Positions 29,170 to 38,418 of a stretch of 64,000 nt of DNA are shown here, in pieces (positions within the stretch are counted from its first letter, which is position 1; every line of letters begins with the position of its first letter). The DNA is taken from the NCBI GenBank assembly GCA_007695345.1, contig REDZ01000073.1:9621-73620 (forward strand), read 5' to 3'. Made by a program: the position numbers and the translations under genes. The DNA comes from Paracoccaceae bacterium (GTDB taxonomy: Bacteria; Pseudomonadota; Alphaproteobacteria; Rhodobacterales; Rhodobacteraceae). The notes below the pieces were generated by a model, which searched no databases, was not told where the DNA came from, and worked only from the letters and a program-made list of their open reading frames with translations.

Positions 29170-31575
29170 TCAGTGTGGCGCGCGTGCCGTGTCGGACCCG
29201 GCCTGCGCGGTCAGGCGGGCCAGGCGCGCAGCCTCATCTGCAGCCTCGTCCCACTCGACGGGCTCGGGTTCATGCACCAGCGCATGGCGCAGCACATCGC
29301 GCACATTGCTGACGGGGATGATTTCCAGCCCCTGTTTGACGTTGTCGGGAATCTCCGGCAGGTCCTTGGCGTTTTCTTCCGGGATCAGCACAGTCGTGAT
29401 CCCGCCGCGCAGGGCCGCGAGCAGCTTCTCCTTCAGCCCGCCAATGGCCAGCACATTGCCGCGCAACGTCACTTCGCCGGTCATGGCGACATCCTTGCGC
29501 ACCGGAATCTGCGTCAGCACCGACACGATGGATGTCACCATCGCGATGCCCGCACTCGGGCCGTCCTTGGGCGTAGCGCCTTCGGGCACATGCACATGGA
29601 TGTCCAGCGCGTCGAACCGTGGCGGGGTCACCCCGATCTGCGGCGCGATGGAGCGCACGAAGGAGTTGGCCGCGTCGATGGATTCCTTCATCACATCGCC
29701 CAGCTTGCCCGTGGTCTTCATCCGGCCCTTGCCCGGCAGTTTCAGCGCCTCGATCTGCAGCAGATCGCCGCCGACCTGGGTCCAGGCAAGCCCGGTGACC
29801 ACACCGATCTGATCTTCCTTCTCGGCCAACCCGTAACGATGGCGCGGCACGCCCAGGAAATCGCCCAGATTGTCACGTGCCACGATGACCTTTTCGGTTT
29901 CCTTCTTGACGATCTGTGTCACCGCCTTGCGCGCGACCTTGTTCAACTCGCGCTCCAGGTTGCGGACTCCGGCCTCGCGCGTGTAGCGGCGCAGGATTTC
30001 GGTGATCGCCCCGTCGGAAATGGTGATCTCACCCCGCCGCAGCCCGTGATTCTTGATCGTCTTCGGCAACAGGTGGCGGCGCGCGATCTCGAGCTTTTCA
30101 TCCTCGGTATAGCCCGAGAGGGGAATGATCTCCATACGGTCCAGCAGCGGGCTGGGCATGTTGTAGCTGTTGGCCGTGGTCAGGAACATCACGTTCGACA
30201 GGTCATATTCGACCTCGAGATAGTGATCGACAAAGGTCGAGTTCTGTTCCGGGTCCAGGACCTCCAGCATGGCCGAGGCCGGATCACCGCGGAAATCCTG
30301 CCCCATCTTGTCGATTTCATCGAGCAGGATGAGCGGGTTCGTGGTCTTGGCCTTTTTCAGCGCCTGGATGATCTTGCCAGGCATCGACCCGATATAGGTG
30401 CGCCGGTGCCCCCGGATCTCGGATTCGTCGCGCACGCCGCCAAGGCTGATGCGGATGAACTCGCGCCCCGTGGCCCGTGCGACCGACCGGCCAAGGCTGG
30501 TCTTGCCTACGCCCGGCGGGCCCACAAGGCACATGATCGGCCCCTTGAGCTTGGTCGAGCGCGCCTGAACGGCCAGATATTCGACGATGCGTTCCTTGAC
30601 CTTTTCCAGGCTGTAGTGATCTTCGTCCAGAACCTTTTCGGCGCGGCCAAGGTCTTTCTTGACGCGGCTTTTCACGCCCCACGGAATCGACAGCATCCAG
30701 TCGAGATAGTTGCGCACCACGGTCGCCTCGGCCGACATCGGCGACATGTTTTTCAGCTTTTTCAGTTCGGCCTCGGCCTTGTCGCGCGCTTCCTTGCTCA
30801 GCTTCGTGGCGTTGATACGCTCTTCAAGTTCCTTGACCTCGTTCTGGCCGTCCTCACCGTCGCCCAGCTCCTTCTGAATGGCCTTCATCTGCTCATTCAG
30901 GTAATACTCGCGCTGGGTCCGCTCCATCTGGCTTTTGACACGGCTCTTGATCTTGCGTTCGACCTGCAGGACGGACAATTCGCCCTGCATCATGCCGTAG
31001 ATCTCTTCCAGCCGTTTGACCGTGTCATCCGTCTCCAGCAGTTTCTGCTTCTGCGCGACGTCGGCCCCCAGATGTCCGGCCGCAAGATCGGCCAGAACGG
31101 CCGCGTCCGACGCATCGGCAATCGCGGTCAGCGCTTCATCCGGGATGTTCTTGCGCACCTTGGCATAGCGCTCGAATTCACCCTGAACCGACCGCATCAG
31201 CGCCTTCACTGCATCGGCATCGCCGGTCTGGTCGGGCAGAGCCCTGGTCTCGACCTCGAAAAAGGCGTCATTCTCGATGAAATCCGCGATCTCGACCCGA
31301 CTGCGCCCCTCGACCAGCACCTTGACGGTGCCATCGGGCAACTTGAGCAACTGGAGCACATTGGCCAGCACCCCGACACGATAGATATCGTCGCGGCCCG
31401 GATCCTCCTGTGCGTGGTCCTTCTGCGAGATCAGCAGGATCTGCTTGTCTTCGGCCATCACCGCTTCCAGTGCGCGCACGGATTTCTCACGCCCGACAAA
31501 CAGCGGCACGATCATGTGCGGAAACACCACCATGTCGCGCAACGGCAGGAGCGGGTAACTTTGTGTCTGCGACAT
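29170..31575 (-). CDS. lon: ATP-dependent protease Lon (endopeptidase La)
   Basis: [13 protein letters not shown]-domain, Walker [10 protein letters not shown], protease motif PKDGPSAG. Confidence 0.95.
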   Translation of the reverse strand: MSQTQSYPLLPLRDMVVFPHMIVPLFVGREKSVRALEAVMAEDKQILLISQKDHAQEDPGRDDIYRVGVLANVLQLLKLPDGTVKVLVEGRSRVEIADFIENDAFFEVETRALPDQTGDADAVKALMRSVQGEFERYAKVRKNIPDEALTAIADASDAAVLADLAAGHLGADVAQKQKLLETDDTVKRLEEIYGMMQGELSVLQVERKIKSRVKSQMERTQREYYLNEQMKAIQKELGDGEDGQNEVKELEERINATKLSKEARDKAEAELKKLKNMSPMSAEATVVRNYLDWMLSIPWGVKSRVKKDLGRAEKVLDEDHYSLEKVKERIVEYLAVQARSTKLKGPIMCLVGPPGVGKTSLGRSVARATGREFIRISLGGVRDESEIRGHRRTYIGSMPGKIIQALKKAKTTNPLILLDEIDKMGQDFRGDPASAMLEVLDPEQNSTFVDHYLEVEYDLSNVMFLTTANSYNMPSPLLDRMEIIPLSGYTEDEKLEIARRHLLPKTIKNHGLRRGEITISDGAITEILRRYTREAGVRNLERELNKVARKAVTQIVKKETEKVIVARDNLGDFLGVPRHRYGLAEKEDQIGVVTGLAWTQVGGDLLQIEALKLPGKGRMKTTGKLGDVMKESIDAANSFVRSIAPQIGVTPPRFDALDIHVHVPEGATPKDGPSAGIAMVTSIVSVLTQIPVRKDVAMTGEVTLRGNVLAIGGLKEKLLAALRGGITTVLIPEENAKDLPEIPDNVKQGLEIIPVSNVRDVLRHALVHEPEPVEWDEAADEAARLARLTAQAGSDTARAPH

Positions 31576-31622
31576 TCACTTCATCCTTGTCTGATGCGCA
31601 ATCTTGCTTGCGCCTTGTCCCC

Positions 31623-31652
31623 AATCTGGGCGTTGGGGGCACAGGTTTCAAG
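31623..31652 (-). promoter_or_regulatory. Candidate sigma-32 (RpoH) heat-shock promoter of lon
   Basis: The minus strand reads CTTGAAA-15 nt-CCCAGATT, versus the E. coli-type consensus CTTGAAA-N13-17-CCCCATNT. It lies about 45 nt upstream of the ATG, and AAGGA serves as the SD. Confidence 0.4.
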
Positions 31653-32172
31653 CGCCTGTTATCTGCAGGGCGGTCAGAGAGTCCAGCCGCACGGCCATGG
31701 CAATCGGCCAGTGTGGTATCGCCTGCGGCGTCCGACCCACGCGTGAATTCAGGCTTCAGACGGATCATGCGACGCGCAGCCGGGACGCCATGCCGCACCA
31801 TGATCGCGAGAGGACGCGACACAGGCCTCCGGCTCGGATACCATGGCAGGTCGCGGCCGGACCTGCGCGATCAATTCATGCGCTGAGCGTGCAGGGGACA
31901 TGCCTGATCGACTGGTCTTCAGGCGCTTGACGTCGCAGGATGTGAGCAGTCCCCGGTCCGCCCCGGTCGAAACGCTGGCAAGCTGCACAGAGCAACGTTT
32001 TCTGAGATATCCCGCGCGAATTGGGGTTCCGGCCAGCCGGAACCCCACTCACCCACGTGCCCTTCACGTCACGGGAAGTTAAGACCCCGGTCATCCTGAC
32101 CAGATGCCCCAGCTTCTCTGAAACCCGCCCGCCTGCCAAGCACAAAGCCCGGACAAGTTTAGCGATCCGGGG

Positions 32173-33369
32173 CTACAGGCTGCGCAACAGTTGCGGGGTG
32201 GGCCAGCCATCGGCGGGCAGGCCAAGCTCGGCCTGCACATCCTGCACCGCCGCGCGCGTGTTCGCACCCAGAATGCCGTCTATGCCACCCACATCATAGC
32301 CGCGCTGCGCCAGGCGTTGCTGCAGATCGCGCATCTGGTCCTGATTCAGCCCCGTTTCGGGATTGCCTGCCTGATAGACAGGGGCGCCCATCAGCCGCGT
32401 GCCGAAATAGGCCGCCGTGGTGACATAGATGAAGCTCTGGTTCCATTCGAACAGCACGCGGTAGTTGTGAAACACCATGAAGGCCGGGCCGCGATGCCCC
32501 TGCGGCAGGATGATCGAGCCGCGCATATCGCCCGAGGGCAGGCTGCCATGCGCCGGGCGCACGCCCATTGCCTGCCAGTCGCGCACGGACATCTCGGTGC
32601 GCAGCCCCGTGCGTGTCAGATCCATGCCCTGCGGGATCGTCACCTCGTGCATCCAGGGCTCATTTGCGCGCCAGCCATTCGCGCGCAGCATCGAGGCGGC
32701 CGACATCAGCGCATCGGCCGCCGAGTTCTGCAGGTCGATCCGCCCGTCGCCATCGCCATCGACCGCGTGATCGATGATATCCGAAGGCAGTTTCTGCACC
32801 ATCCCGATCTCACCGGCCCAGGCGCCCTGCGTGTTGCGCGGGTCCAGCGCGCCCCGGCGATACATCTCGAGCGCGGCAAAGACCTGCGGGCGGAAAATCT
32901 CAGGCCGGCGGCAGTCATGGGCCAGCGTGACCAGTGCGTTCACGGTGTTGAAATTGCCCTGATTGGCGCCGAAATCAGTCTCGAACGCCCAGAAGGCCAG
33001 CAGAATGCCCGGCTGCACCCCGTACTCTGATCGCGCGCGGTCGAACACAGAACGGTACTGGTCCAGGCGCGACCGTCCCGCCGCCATCCGGTTCTGCGAG
33101 ATCAGCGCACGCGAGAAATCCAGGAACGGGCGCTGAAAGATGCCCTGGCTGCGATCCGCATTGATGACGGCCTGATTGCGCTGAACGCCGCGAAAGAAAC
33201 TCTCGGCCAGCCCGCTGTCATAGCCGCGGCTGACCGCCTCGCTGCGCAGGTCATTGACGAAGCTGCCAAAATCGCCACCGCAGGACTGGGACTGGGACTG
33301 GGACTGGGCCTGGGCGGCAGGCGCGATGGAAAATGTCAGGCTTGCCGCCAGAATGGAAAGAATGCGCAT
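32173..33369 (-). CDS. Lytic murein transglycosylase (MltB-like) with C-terminal peptidoglycan-binding domain
   Basis: Signal peptide MRILSILAASLTFSIAPAAQA, transglycosylase core, C-terminal ...LQQRLAQRGYDVGGIDGILGANTRAAV PG-binding repeat. Confidence 0.8.
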   Translation of the reverse strand: MRILSILAASLTFSIAPAAQAQSQSQSQSCGGDFGSFVNDLRSEAVSRGYDSGLAESFFRGVQRNQAVINADRSQGIFQRPFLDFSRALISQNRMAAGRSRLDQYRSVFDRARSEYGVQPGILLAFWAFETDFGANQGNFNTVNALVTLAHDCRRPEIFRPQVFAALEMYRRGALDPRNTQGAWAGEIGMVQKLPSDIIDHAVDGDGDGRIDLQNSAADALMSAASMLRANGWRANEPWMHEVTIPQGMDLTRTGLRTEMSVRDWQAMGVRPAHGSLPSGDMRGSIILPQGHRGPAFMVFHNYRVLFEWNQSFIYVTTAAYFGTRLMGAPVYQAGNPETGLNQDQMRDLQQRLAQRGYDVGGIDGILGANTRAAVQDVQAELGLPADGWPTPQLLRSL

Positions 33370-33444
33370 TGTGCCCCCGTGTTTGATCGGGGGCACGTTA
33401 ACGCGAAGTCTGTCTGGACGGAATCGCTTTTCCGTGATGCCCGA

Positions 33445-34431
33445 TCAGAGCGCGTCACGCCCATGCGGGGCCGTGAAATCCAGCACCGGGTTGATCGGGA
33501 TGATCCGGTTCGGATTGATCGTGTCGTGGCTGTAATGATAATGGCGCACGATATGCCCCAGATTCACGGTCGCGGCGACGCCCGGATGCTGATACAGCTC
33601 GCGCGTATAGGCCCAGAGCGCGGGGTATTCCACAATCCGCTTGCGATTGCATTTGAAATGCAGGTGATAGACGCTGTCGAAGCGCACAAGCGTCGTAAAG
33701 AGCCGCCAGTCGGCCTCGGTCAGTTGGTCACCGGCCAGATAGCGCTGGCGCGACAGCCGCTCCTCCAGCCAGTCGAGCGAGTCGAACAACGGCCCGACAG
33801 CCGCGTCATAGGCCGTCTGCGTCGTCGCAAAGCCGGATTTGTAAACGCCGTTATTGACCGTATCATAGACGCGGGCGTTGATCTCATCAATTTCCGCGCG
33901 CAGGGCGTCGGGGTAGTAGTCTTCCGTATTGCCTGTCAGCGCGTCAAATGCGGAATTGAACATGCGGATAATCTCGGCGGATTCGTTCGACACGATGGTG
34001 TCCTGCGCCTTGTCCCAGAGCACCGGAACCGTCACCCGGCCAGAGATTTCGGGATCGGCGCGCAGATAGACATCGCGCATGAAGGGCGCGCCGTGCAGCC
34101 GGTCGCCGGTCGCGCCGTCGAAATCCTGCGCGAAACTCCAGCCATCATCCAGCATGTCGGGATGCACGACTGAGACATCGATCAGATCCTCCAGGCCCTT
34201 GATTGCGCGGAAGATCAGCGTGCGATGCGCCCAGGGGCAGGCATAGGATACATAGAGGTGATAGCGCCCCGCTTCGGCCTTGAACCCGCCCTGACCCGAG
34301 GGGCCGGGGCTGCCATCTGCTGTGACCCAGTTGCGGAATTTCGCCGTGCTGCGCTTGAACGCGCCGCCCGTGGATTTGGTGTCATACCATTCGGTCGACC
34401 ATGTGCCATTGACCAGTTGTCCCATCATCAT
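33445..34431 (-). CDS. Glutathionyl-hydroquinone reductase (YqjG/ECM4-type, Xi-class GST)
   Basis: GRYHLYVSYACPWAHRTL motif. Start lies among three ATGs just after CAGGAG (34431/34428/34425). Confidence 0.8.
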   Translation of the reverse strand: MMMGQLVNGTWSTEWYDTKSTGGAFKRSTAKFRNWVTADGSPGPSGQGGFKAEAGRYHLYVSYACPWAHRTLIFRAIKGLEDLIDVSVVHPDMLDDGWSFAQDFDGATGDRLHGAPFMRDVYLRADPEISGRVTVPVLWDKAQDTIVSNESAEIIRMFNSAFDALTGNTEDYYPDALRAEIDEINARVYDTVNNGVYKSGFATTQTAYDAAVGPLFDSLDWLEERLSRQRYLAGDQLTEADWRLFTTLVRFDSVYHLHFKCNRKRIVEYPALWAYTRELYQHPGVAATVNLGHIVRHYHYSHDTINPNRIIPINPVLDFTAPHGRDAL

Positions 34432-34505
34432 CTCCTGTTTCACTGTGTCTTAGATGCGATGATGATGCACAGACACAAGGCGCATGGGCGCACGCCGCCT
34501 GTGCG

Positions 34506-34579
34506 CCCCCCGTCCCGGCGGCGCAGGGGCGTGCGGGGGTGGGTGGGAGGGCACGCCCCGAAGGTGCCGGGACGGGGGG
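34506..34579 (-). repeat. Nested hairpin with a G-quadruplex/C-loop core (family copy 3)
   Basis: Outer 14-bp stem CCCCCCGTCCCGGC/GCCGGGACGGGGGG, inner 9-bp stem GGGGCGTGC/GCACGCCCC, core GGGGGTGGGTGGGAGGG (34535-34551). Abuts the stop of the gene ending at 34580. Confidence 0.65.
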
Positions 34580-35752
34580 CTATTGCAGGTCGGAAAAAGC
34601 GTGTTGCATCCGGTCGATGGCATCCTCGATCACCGCGCGCGGCGCGCCGAGGTTGAAGCGCAGATAGGTTTCGCCGCCTGTGCCGAATGTGGGGCCGTGA
34701 TTGACGGCGATCCGCGCCTCACGCTCAACCCGCGCGGTGAATTCCGCCTGCGACATGCCCGTGCCCGCAAAGTCCACCCACGCGAGATAGGTCGCCTGCA
34801 TCGGCATGGCGCGCAGCCCCGGGATCGCGTTTATCGCGGTGTCAAACAGGTGCAGGTTACCTTCGAGATAGGCGCAAAGCGCGTCGACCCATTCCGCGCC
34901 CTCGGGCGAATAGGCGGCGGTCACGGCATGCAGCCCGAAGCTGTTCGGCGAAATCCCCGCCCCCACCAGCGTCTGCGCGAAGTCCTTGCGCAGGCGGGCA
35001 TCGGGCAGGATGACATTGCCGCAATGCGTGCCCGCGATGTTGAAGGTCTTGGAGGCCGACGTCAGCATCACCAGCCGCGACAGGCTCTCGGGCGCGGCCA
35101 GTGGCATCGGGACATGCTGCTGGCCGGGCATGAGCAGATCATGGTGTATCTCGTCCGAGACCAGCAGCAGGTCATGGCGATCGCAGAAGGCGGCCAGCGC
35201 CTGCAGTTCTTCCGCGCTCCAGACCCGGCCGCCGGGATTATGTGGTGAACACAGGATCAGCATTTTCTCGCGCCCTGTCATCTTGGCATCGGCGGCGTCA
35301 AAATCCATCTCGTATCGGCCATCCACCAGCGCGAGCGGGCATTCCACTACCTGCCGCCCGGCCCCTTCGATGGTGCGGGCAAAGGCATGATAGACCGGGG
35401 TGAACAGGACCACGCCATCGCCCGGCGCCGTCCATGTCTGCAGACACAGTCCCACGGCATTGACCAGCCCGTGCGTGGTGAAGATATGCGTCGGGTCCAC
35501 CTGCCAGCCATGGCGCTCGGCCATCCACCAGCAGATCGCCGCACGGTAGGCGGCATCATCGCCGAAATAGCCATAGACGCCATGATCGACCGCCCTGCGC
35601 AGCGCGTCCCGAATGCAGGGGGCCGCGGCAAAATCCATATCGGCGACCCACATCGGGAGTCCGGTCTCTGGTGATACACCATAGCGTTCGTTCATCATGT
35701 CCCATTTCATCGAATGAGTGTTGCGTCGGTCGATGATCCGGTCGAATTCCAT
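34580..35752 (-). CDS. MalY/PatB-type PLP-dependent C-S lyase/aminotransferase
   Basis: MEFDRIIDRRNTHSMKWD start at 35752 and PLP-lysine context SASKTFN. Confidence 0.8.
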   Translation of the reverse strand: MEFDRIIDRRNTHSMKWDMMNERYGVSPETGLPMWVADMDFAAAPCIRDALRRAVDHGVYGYFGDDAAYRAAICWWMAERHGWQVDPTHIFTTHGLVNAVGLCLQTWTAPGDGVVLFTPVYHAFARTIEGAGRQVVECPLALVDGRYEMDFDAADAKMTGREKMLILCSPHNPGGRVWSAEELQALAAFCDRHDLLLVSDEIHHDLLMPGQQHVPMPLAAPESLSRLVMLTSASKTFNIAGTHCGNVILPDARLRKDFAQTLVGAGISPNSFGLHAVTAAYSPEGAEWVDALCAYLEGNLHLFDTAINAIPGLRAMPMQATYLAWVDFAGTGMSQAEFTARVEREARIAVNHGPTFGTGGETYLRFNLGAPRAVIEDAIDRMQHAFSDLQ

Positions 35753-35861
35753 GCGCTGTCCTCTTGATCTGCCTGTCGCGCAACCTGACCGGGCTGCACG
35801 GGCGCTGCAAGCGGGAAATGCCCATTGAACGGCCTGCGCGCTTGGCTTACATCGCCTGATC

Positions 35862-36383
35862 ATGAGCCTGCGTCCCATATTGATCCACCCCGATCCCCGC
35901 CTCAAGAAGCGCTGCGCCCCGGTCGAGAGCATCACGCCCGAGATCGGCAAGCTGGCCGAGGATATGCTGGAGACGATGTATGATGCCCCCGGTGTGGGAC
36001 TGGCGGCACCGCAGGTCGGTGTGCTGGCACGCCTGTTCGTGATGGATTGCGTCAAGGAAGAGGGGGTCGCACCGCGCCCGATGGTGCTGATCAACCCCGA
36101 GATCGTCAGCACCTCGGATGAGGTGAACACCTATGAAGAAGGCTGCCTCTCGATCCCCGAGCACTATGCCGAAGTGACGCGCCCCGCGCGTGTCGTGATG
36201 CGCTGGACAGGTCTGGATGGGGCGCGGCAGGAAGAGGAATTCGATGGCCTCTGGGCGACCTGTGCGCAGCATGAGCTGGACCACCTGGACGGGCGTCTGT
36301 TCATCGACCATCTGGGCGCGATCAAGCGCGGGATGATCACCCGCAAGATGGCCAAGCTGAAGCGCGAGAAGGCGCGCGGGTGA
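35862..36383 (+). CDS. def: Peptide deformylase (canonical)
   Basis: All three motifs are intact: [18 protein letters not shown]. Confidence 0.9.
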   Translation: MSLRPILIHPDPRLKKRCAPVESITPEIGKLAEDMLETMYDAPGVGLAAPQVGVLARLFVMDCVKEEGVAPRPMVLINPEIVSTSDEVNTYEEGCLSIPEHYAEVTRPARVVMRWTGLDGARQEEEFDGLWATCAQHELDHLDGRLFIDHLGAIKRGMITRKMAKLKREKARG

Positions 36384-36877
36384 GCGTGCGGCGCTGCATT
36401 GCATGGCCCGACCCGCGCCTGCGCCGCGCGGCAGACCCGGTGGCCGCAATCACCGATGAGGTGCGGGCGATCTGGGCCGACATGATCGACACGATGGACG
36501 CGATGCCGGGTGTGGGGCTTGCTGCGCCGCAGATCGGGGTGATGCGGCAACTGGCGGTGGTCGATGCCTCGGACACACGCGGGCAGGCCGTATGCATGGC
36601 GAACCCGATTATCCTGCACGCAAGCCAACAGATGCGCGCGCATGACGAGGCCAGCCCCAACCTGCCCGGGGTCTCTGCCTGTATCGAACGCCCACGGGCC
36701 GTGACCGTAAGGTTTCTGAACACGGATGGCGCAGAGGAAGAGCGTGATTTCGTGGGGCTCTGGGCCACCAGTATCCAGCATCAGATCGACCATCTGGCCG
36801 GGCGGATGTATTTCGACCATCTGGGCCGCGTGAAACGCGACATGCTGCTGCGCCGTGCGCGTAAGGTGGGTCAATGA
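36380..36877 (+). CDS. Peptide deformylase paralog with degenerate active site
   Basis: GVGLAAPQ is kept, but EGCLS is replaced by EASPN and HELDH by HQIDH. GTGA overlap with def and ATGA overlap with fmt. Confidence 0.8.
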   Translation: MSVRRCIAWPDPRLRRAADPVAAITDEVRAIWADMIDTMDAMPGVGLAAPQIGVMRQLAVVDASDTRGQAVCMANPIILHASQQMRAHDEASPNLPGVSACIERPRAVTVRFLNTDGAEEERDFVGLWATSIQHQIDHLAGRMYFDHLGRVKRDMLLRRARKVGQ

Positions 36878-37797
36878 CCCACCCTACGACACGATTGCGC
36901 GTGGTATTCATGGGCACGCCCGATTTTTCGGTCCCCGCGCTGGAAGCCGTGCATCGCGCACATGAGATCGTCTGCGTCTACACCCAGCCGCCGCGCCCGG
37001 CCGGGCGTGGCAAGCAGCCCCGCCTGACACCCGTTCATGCGCGCGCAGACGCGCTGGGCCTGCCAGTGCGCCACCCGATCTCGCTGAAAGGGGCAGAAGC
37101 ACAGGCAGAGTTCGCAGCGCTTCAACCGGATGTTGCCGTGGTGGTCGCCTATGGTCTGATCCTGCCGCAACCGGTTCTGGACGCGCCGCGCTATGGCTGC
37201 CTGAACATTCATGCCTCGCTCTTGCCGCGCTGGCGCGGGGCGGCCCCCATCCAGCGTGCGATCATGGCGGGCGATGCCGAGACGGGTGTGTGCATCATGC
37301 AGATGGAGGCGGGGCTTGATACAGGCCCTGTCCTGATGCGCGCCGCGACTCCGATCACACAGTGTGACACGGCGCAGCATCTGCATGACCGGCTGTCCCG
37401 GATGGGGGCAGAGCTGATTGCCGAGGCGCTGGCCACGCTGCCGGAATTGACCCCAGAGGTGCAGTCCGACCAGGGCGTGAGCTATGCCGCCAAGATCGAC
37501 AAGTCCGAAGCGCGGGTGGACTGGTCCCGCCCGGCGCTCGAAGTAGCGCGCCGGATCCGCGGGTTATCGCCCTTCCCCGGGGCATGGTGCGAAGCTCCGT
37601 TCGGGCGGCTGAAGCTGCTGGATGCGCAGGTGGTTGAGGGGCAGGGGGCGCCTGGGCAGGTGCTGGAGGGTCTGACAATTGCCTGCGGCGAAGGGGCCGT
37701 TGCCGTCAAGAAGGTGCAACGCGAGGGCAAGCGTGCGCTCACTGCCGACGACTATCTGCGCGGGACGGACGAACTGCGCGGCTGCATCCTGTCGTAA
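36874..37797 (+). CDS. fmt: Methionyl-tRNA formyltransferase
   Basis: [30 protein letters not shown]. Confidence 0.9.
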   Translation: MTHPTTRLRVVFMGTPDFSVPALEAVHRAHEIVCVYTQPPRPAGRGKQPRLTPVHARADALGLPVRHPISLKGAEAQAEFAALQPDVAVVVAYGLILPQPVLDAPRYGCLNIHASLLPRWRGAAPIQRAIMAGDAETGVCIMQMEAGLDTGPVLMRAATPITQCDTAQHLHDRLSRMGAELIAEALATLPELTPEVQSDQGVSYAAKIDKSEARVDWSRPALEVARRIRGLSPFPGAWCEAPFGRLKLLDAQVVEGQGAPGQVLEGLTIACGEGAVAVKKVQREGKRALTADDYLRGTDELRGCILS

Positions 37798-38412
37798 GGT
37801 GGGTGGCAACCCACCCTTCGGCCAGGGCTCCTGGGGAATTTACCCTTGGTTAACGATGATCGGGGTAGGCTTGACGCCATGCCGGAATATCGTCGTCGCC
37901 ATGTGCCGGGGGGGAGCTATTTCTTCACGGTGAATCTCGAAGACCGGGAATCTCGTCTGCTGGTCGAGCAGATCGATATTCTGCGCAGCGCCTATCATTC
38001 GGTCTGGAAAGAGCATCCTTTCACCACCCGGGCCATCGTGATCCTGCCGGACCATATTCATGCTGTCTGGACATTGCCGTCGGGGGATGCGGATTTCTCC
38101 ACCCGCTGGAAGAAGATCAAGGCCCGGTTTTCGCGTGCTGTTCATTCCAGGGGGCTGGGATACGGCATACCACTATCACCAAGCCGCATACGCAGGGGCG
38201 AGACGGGACCGTGGCAAAGGCGTTTCTGGGAACACACGATCCGCGATCAGGCGGACCTTGCCCATCATGTCGCCTATTGTCACAGCAACCCGGTCTGGCA
38301 CGGGCTGGTTTCGGAACCCGGGGACTGGCCATATTCCAGCATCAAGCGATGTAAGGTGGGTGCCAACCCACCCGATGCGCTGGGCCGCTGAGGGTGGGTT
38401 GGCACCCACCCT
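37798..38412 (+). mobile_element. REP-RAYT unit: a tyrosine (HUH) transposase flanked by REP palindromes
   Basis: REP1 is GGTGGGT-ggca-ACCCACC (37798-37815). REP2 is GGTGGGT-gcca-ACCCACC (38355-38372). Inverted REP3 is AGGGTGGGT-tggc-ACCCACCCT (38391-38412). Confidence 0.75.
37879..38391 (+). CDS. REP-associated tyrosine transposase (RAYT, IS200/IS605 Y1-like)
   Basis: HUH motif LPDHIHAVW and Tyr motif AYCHSNPVWHGLV. 170 aa, ATG at 37879. Confidence 0.8.
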   Translation: MPEYRRRHVPGGSYFFTVNLEDRESRLLVEQIDILRSAYHSVWKEHPFTTRAIVILPDHIHAVWTLPSGDADFSTRWKKIKARFSRAVHSRGLGYGIPLSPSRIRRGETGPWQRRFWEHTIRDQADLAHHVAYCHSNPVWHGLVSEPGDWPYSSIKRCKVGANPPDALGR

Positions 38413-38418
38413 ACAAGT

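Noticed and set aside
29173-31746. 857-aa ORF antisense to lon; the same reasoning applies to 26172..27725 and 51991..53391.
   Set aside because: The opposite strand encodes Lon with intact Walker A and protease motifs. The antisense translation is low-complexity and Arg/His/Gly/Asp-rich.
31653-32172. RNase P RNA, two-piece tmRNA, SRP RNA, a cobalamin riboswitch or a clpX remnant in the long lon-upstream spacer.
   Set aside because: The hallmark strings were not found on either strand (GAGGAAAGTCCGGGC, an ANDN... tag reading frame, the SRP GGAAG-loop, the B12 box). No frame resembles ClpX. The region is reported only as unexplained.
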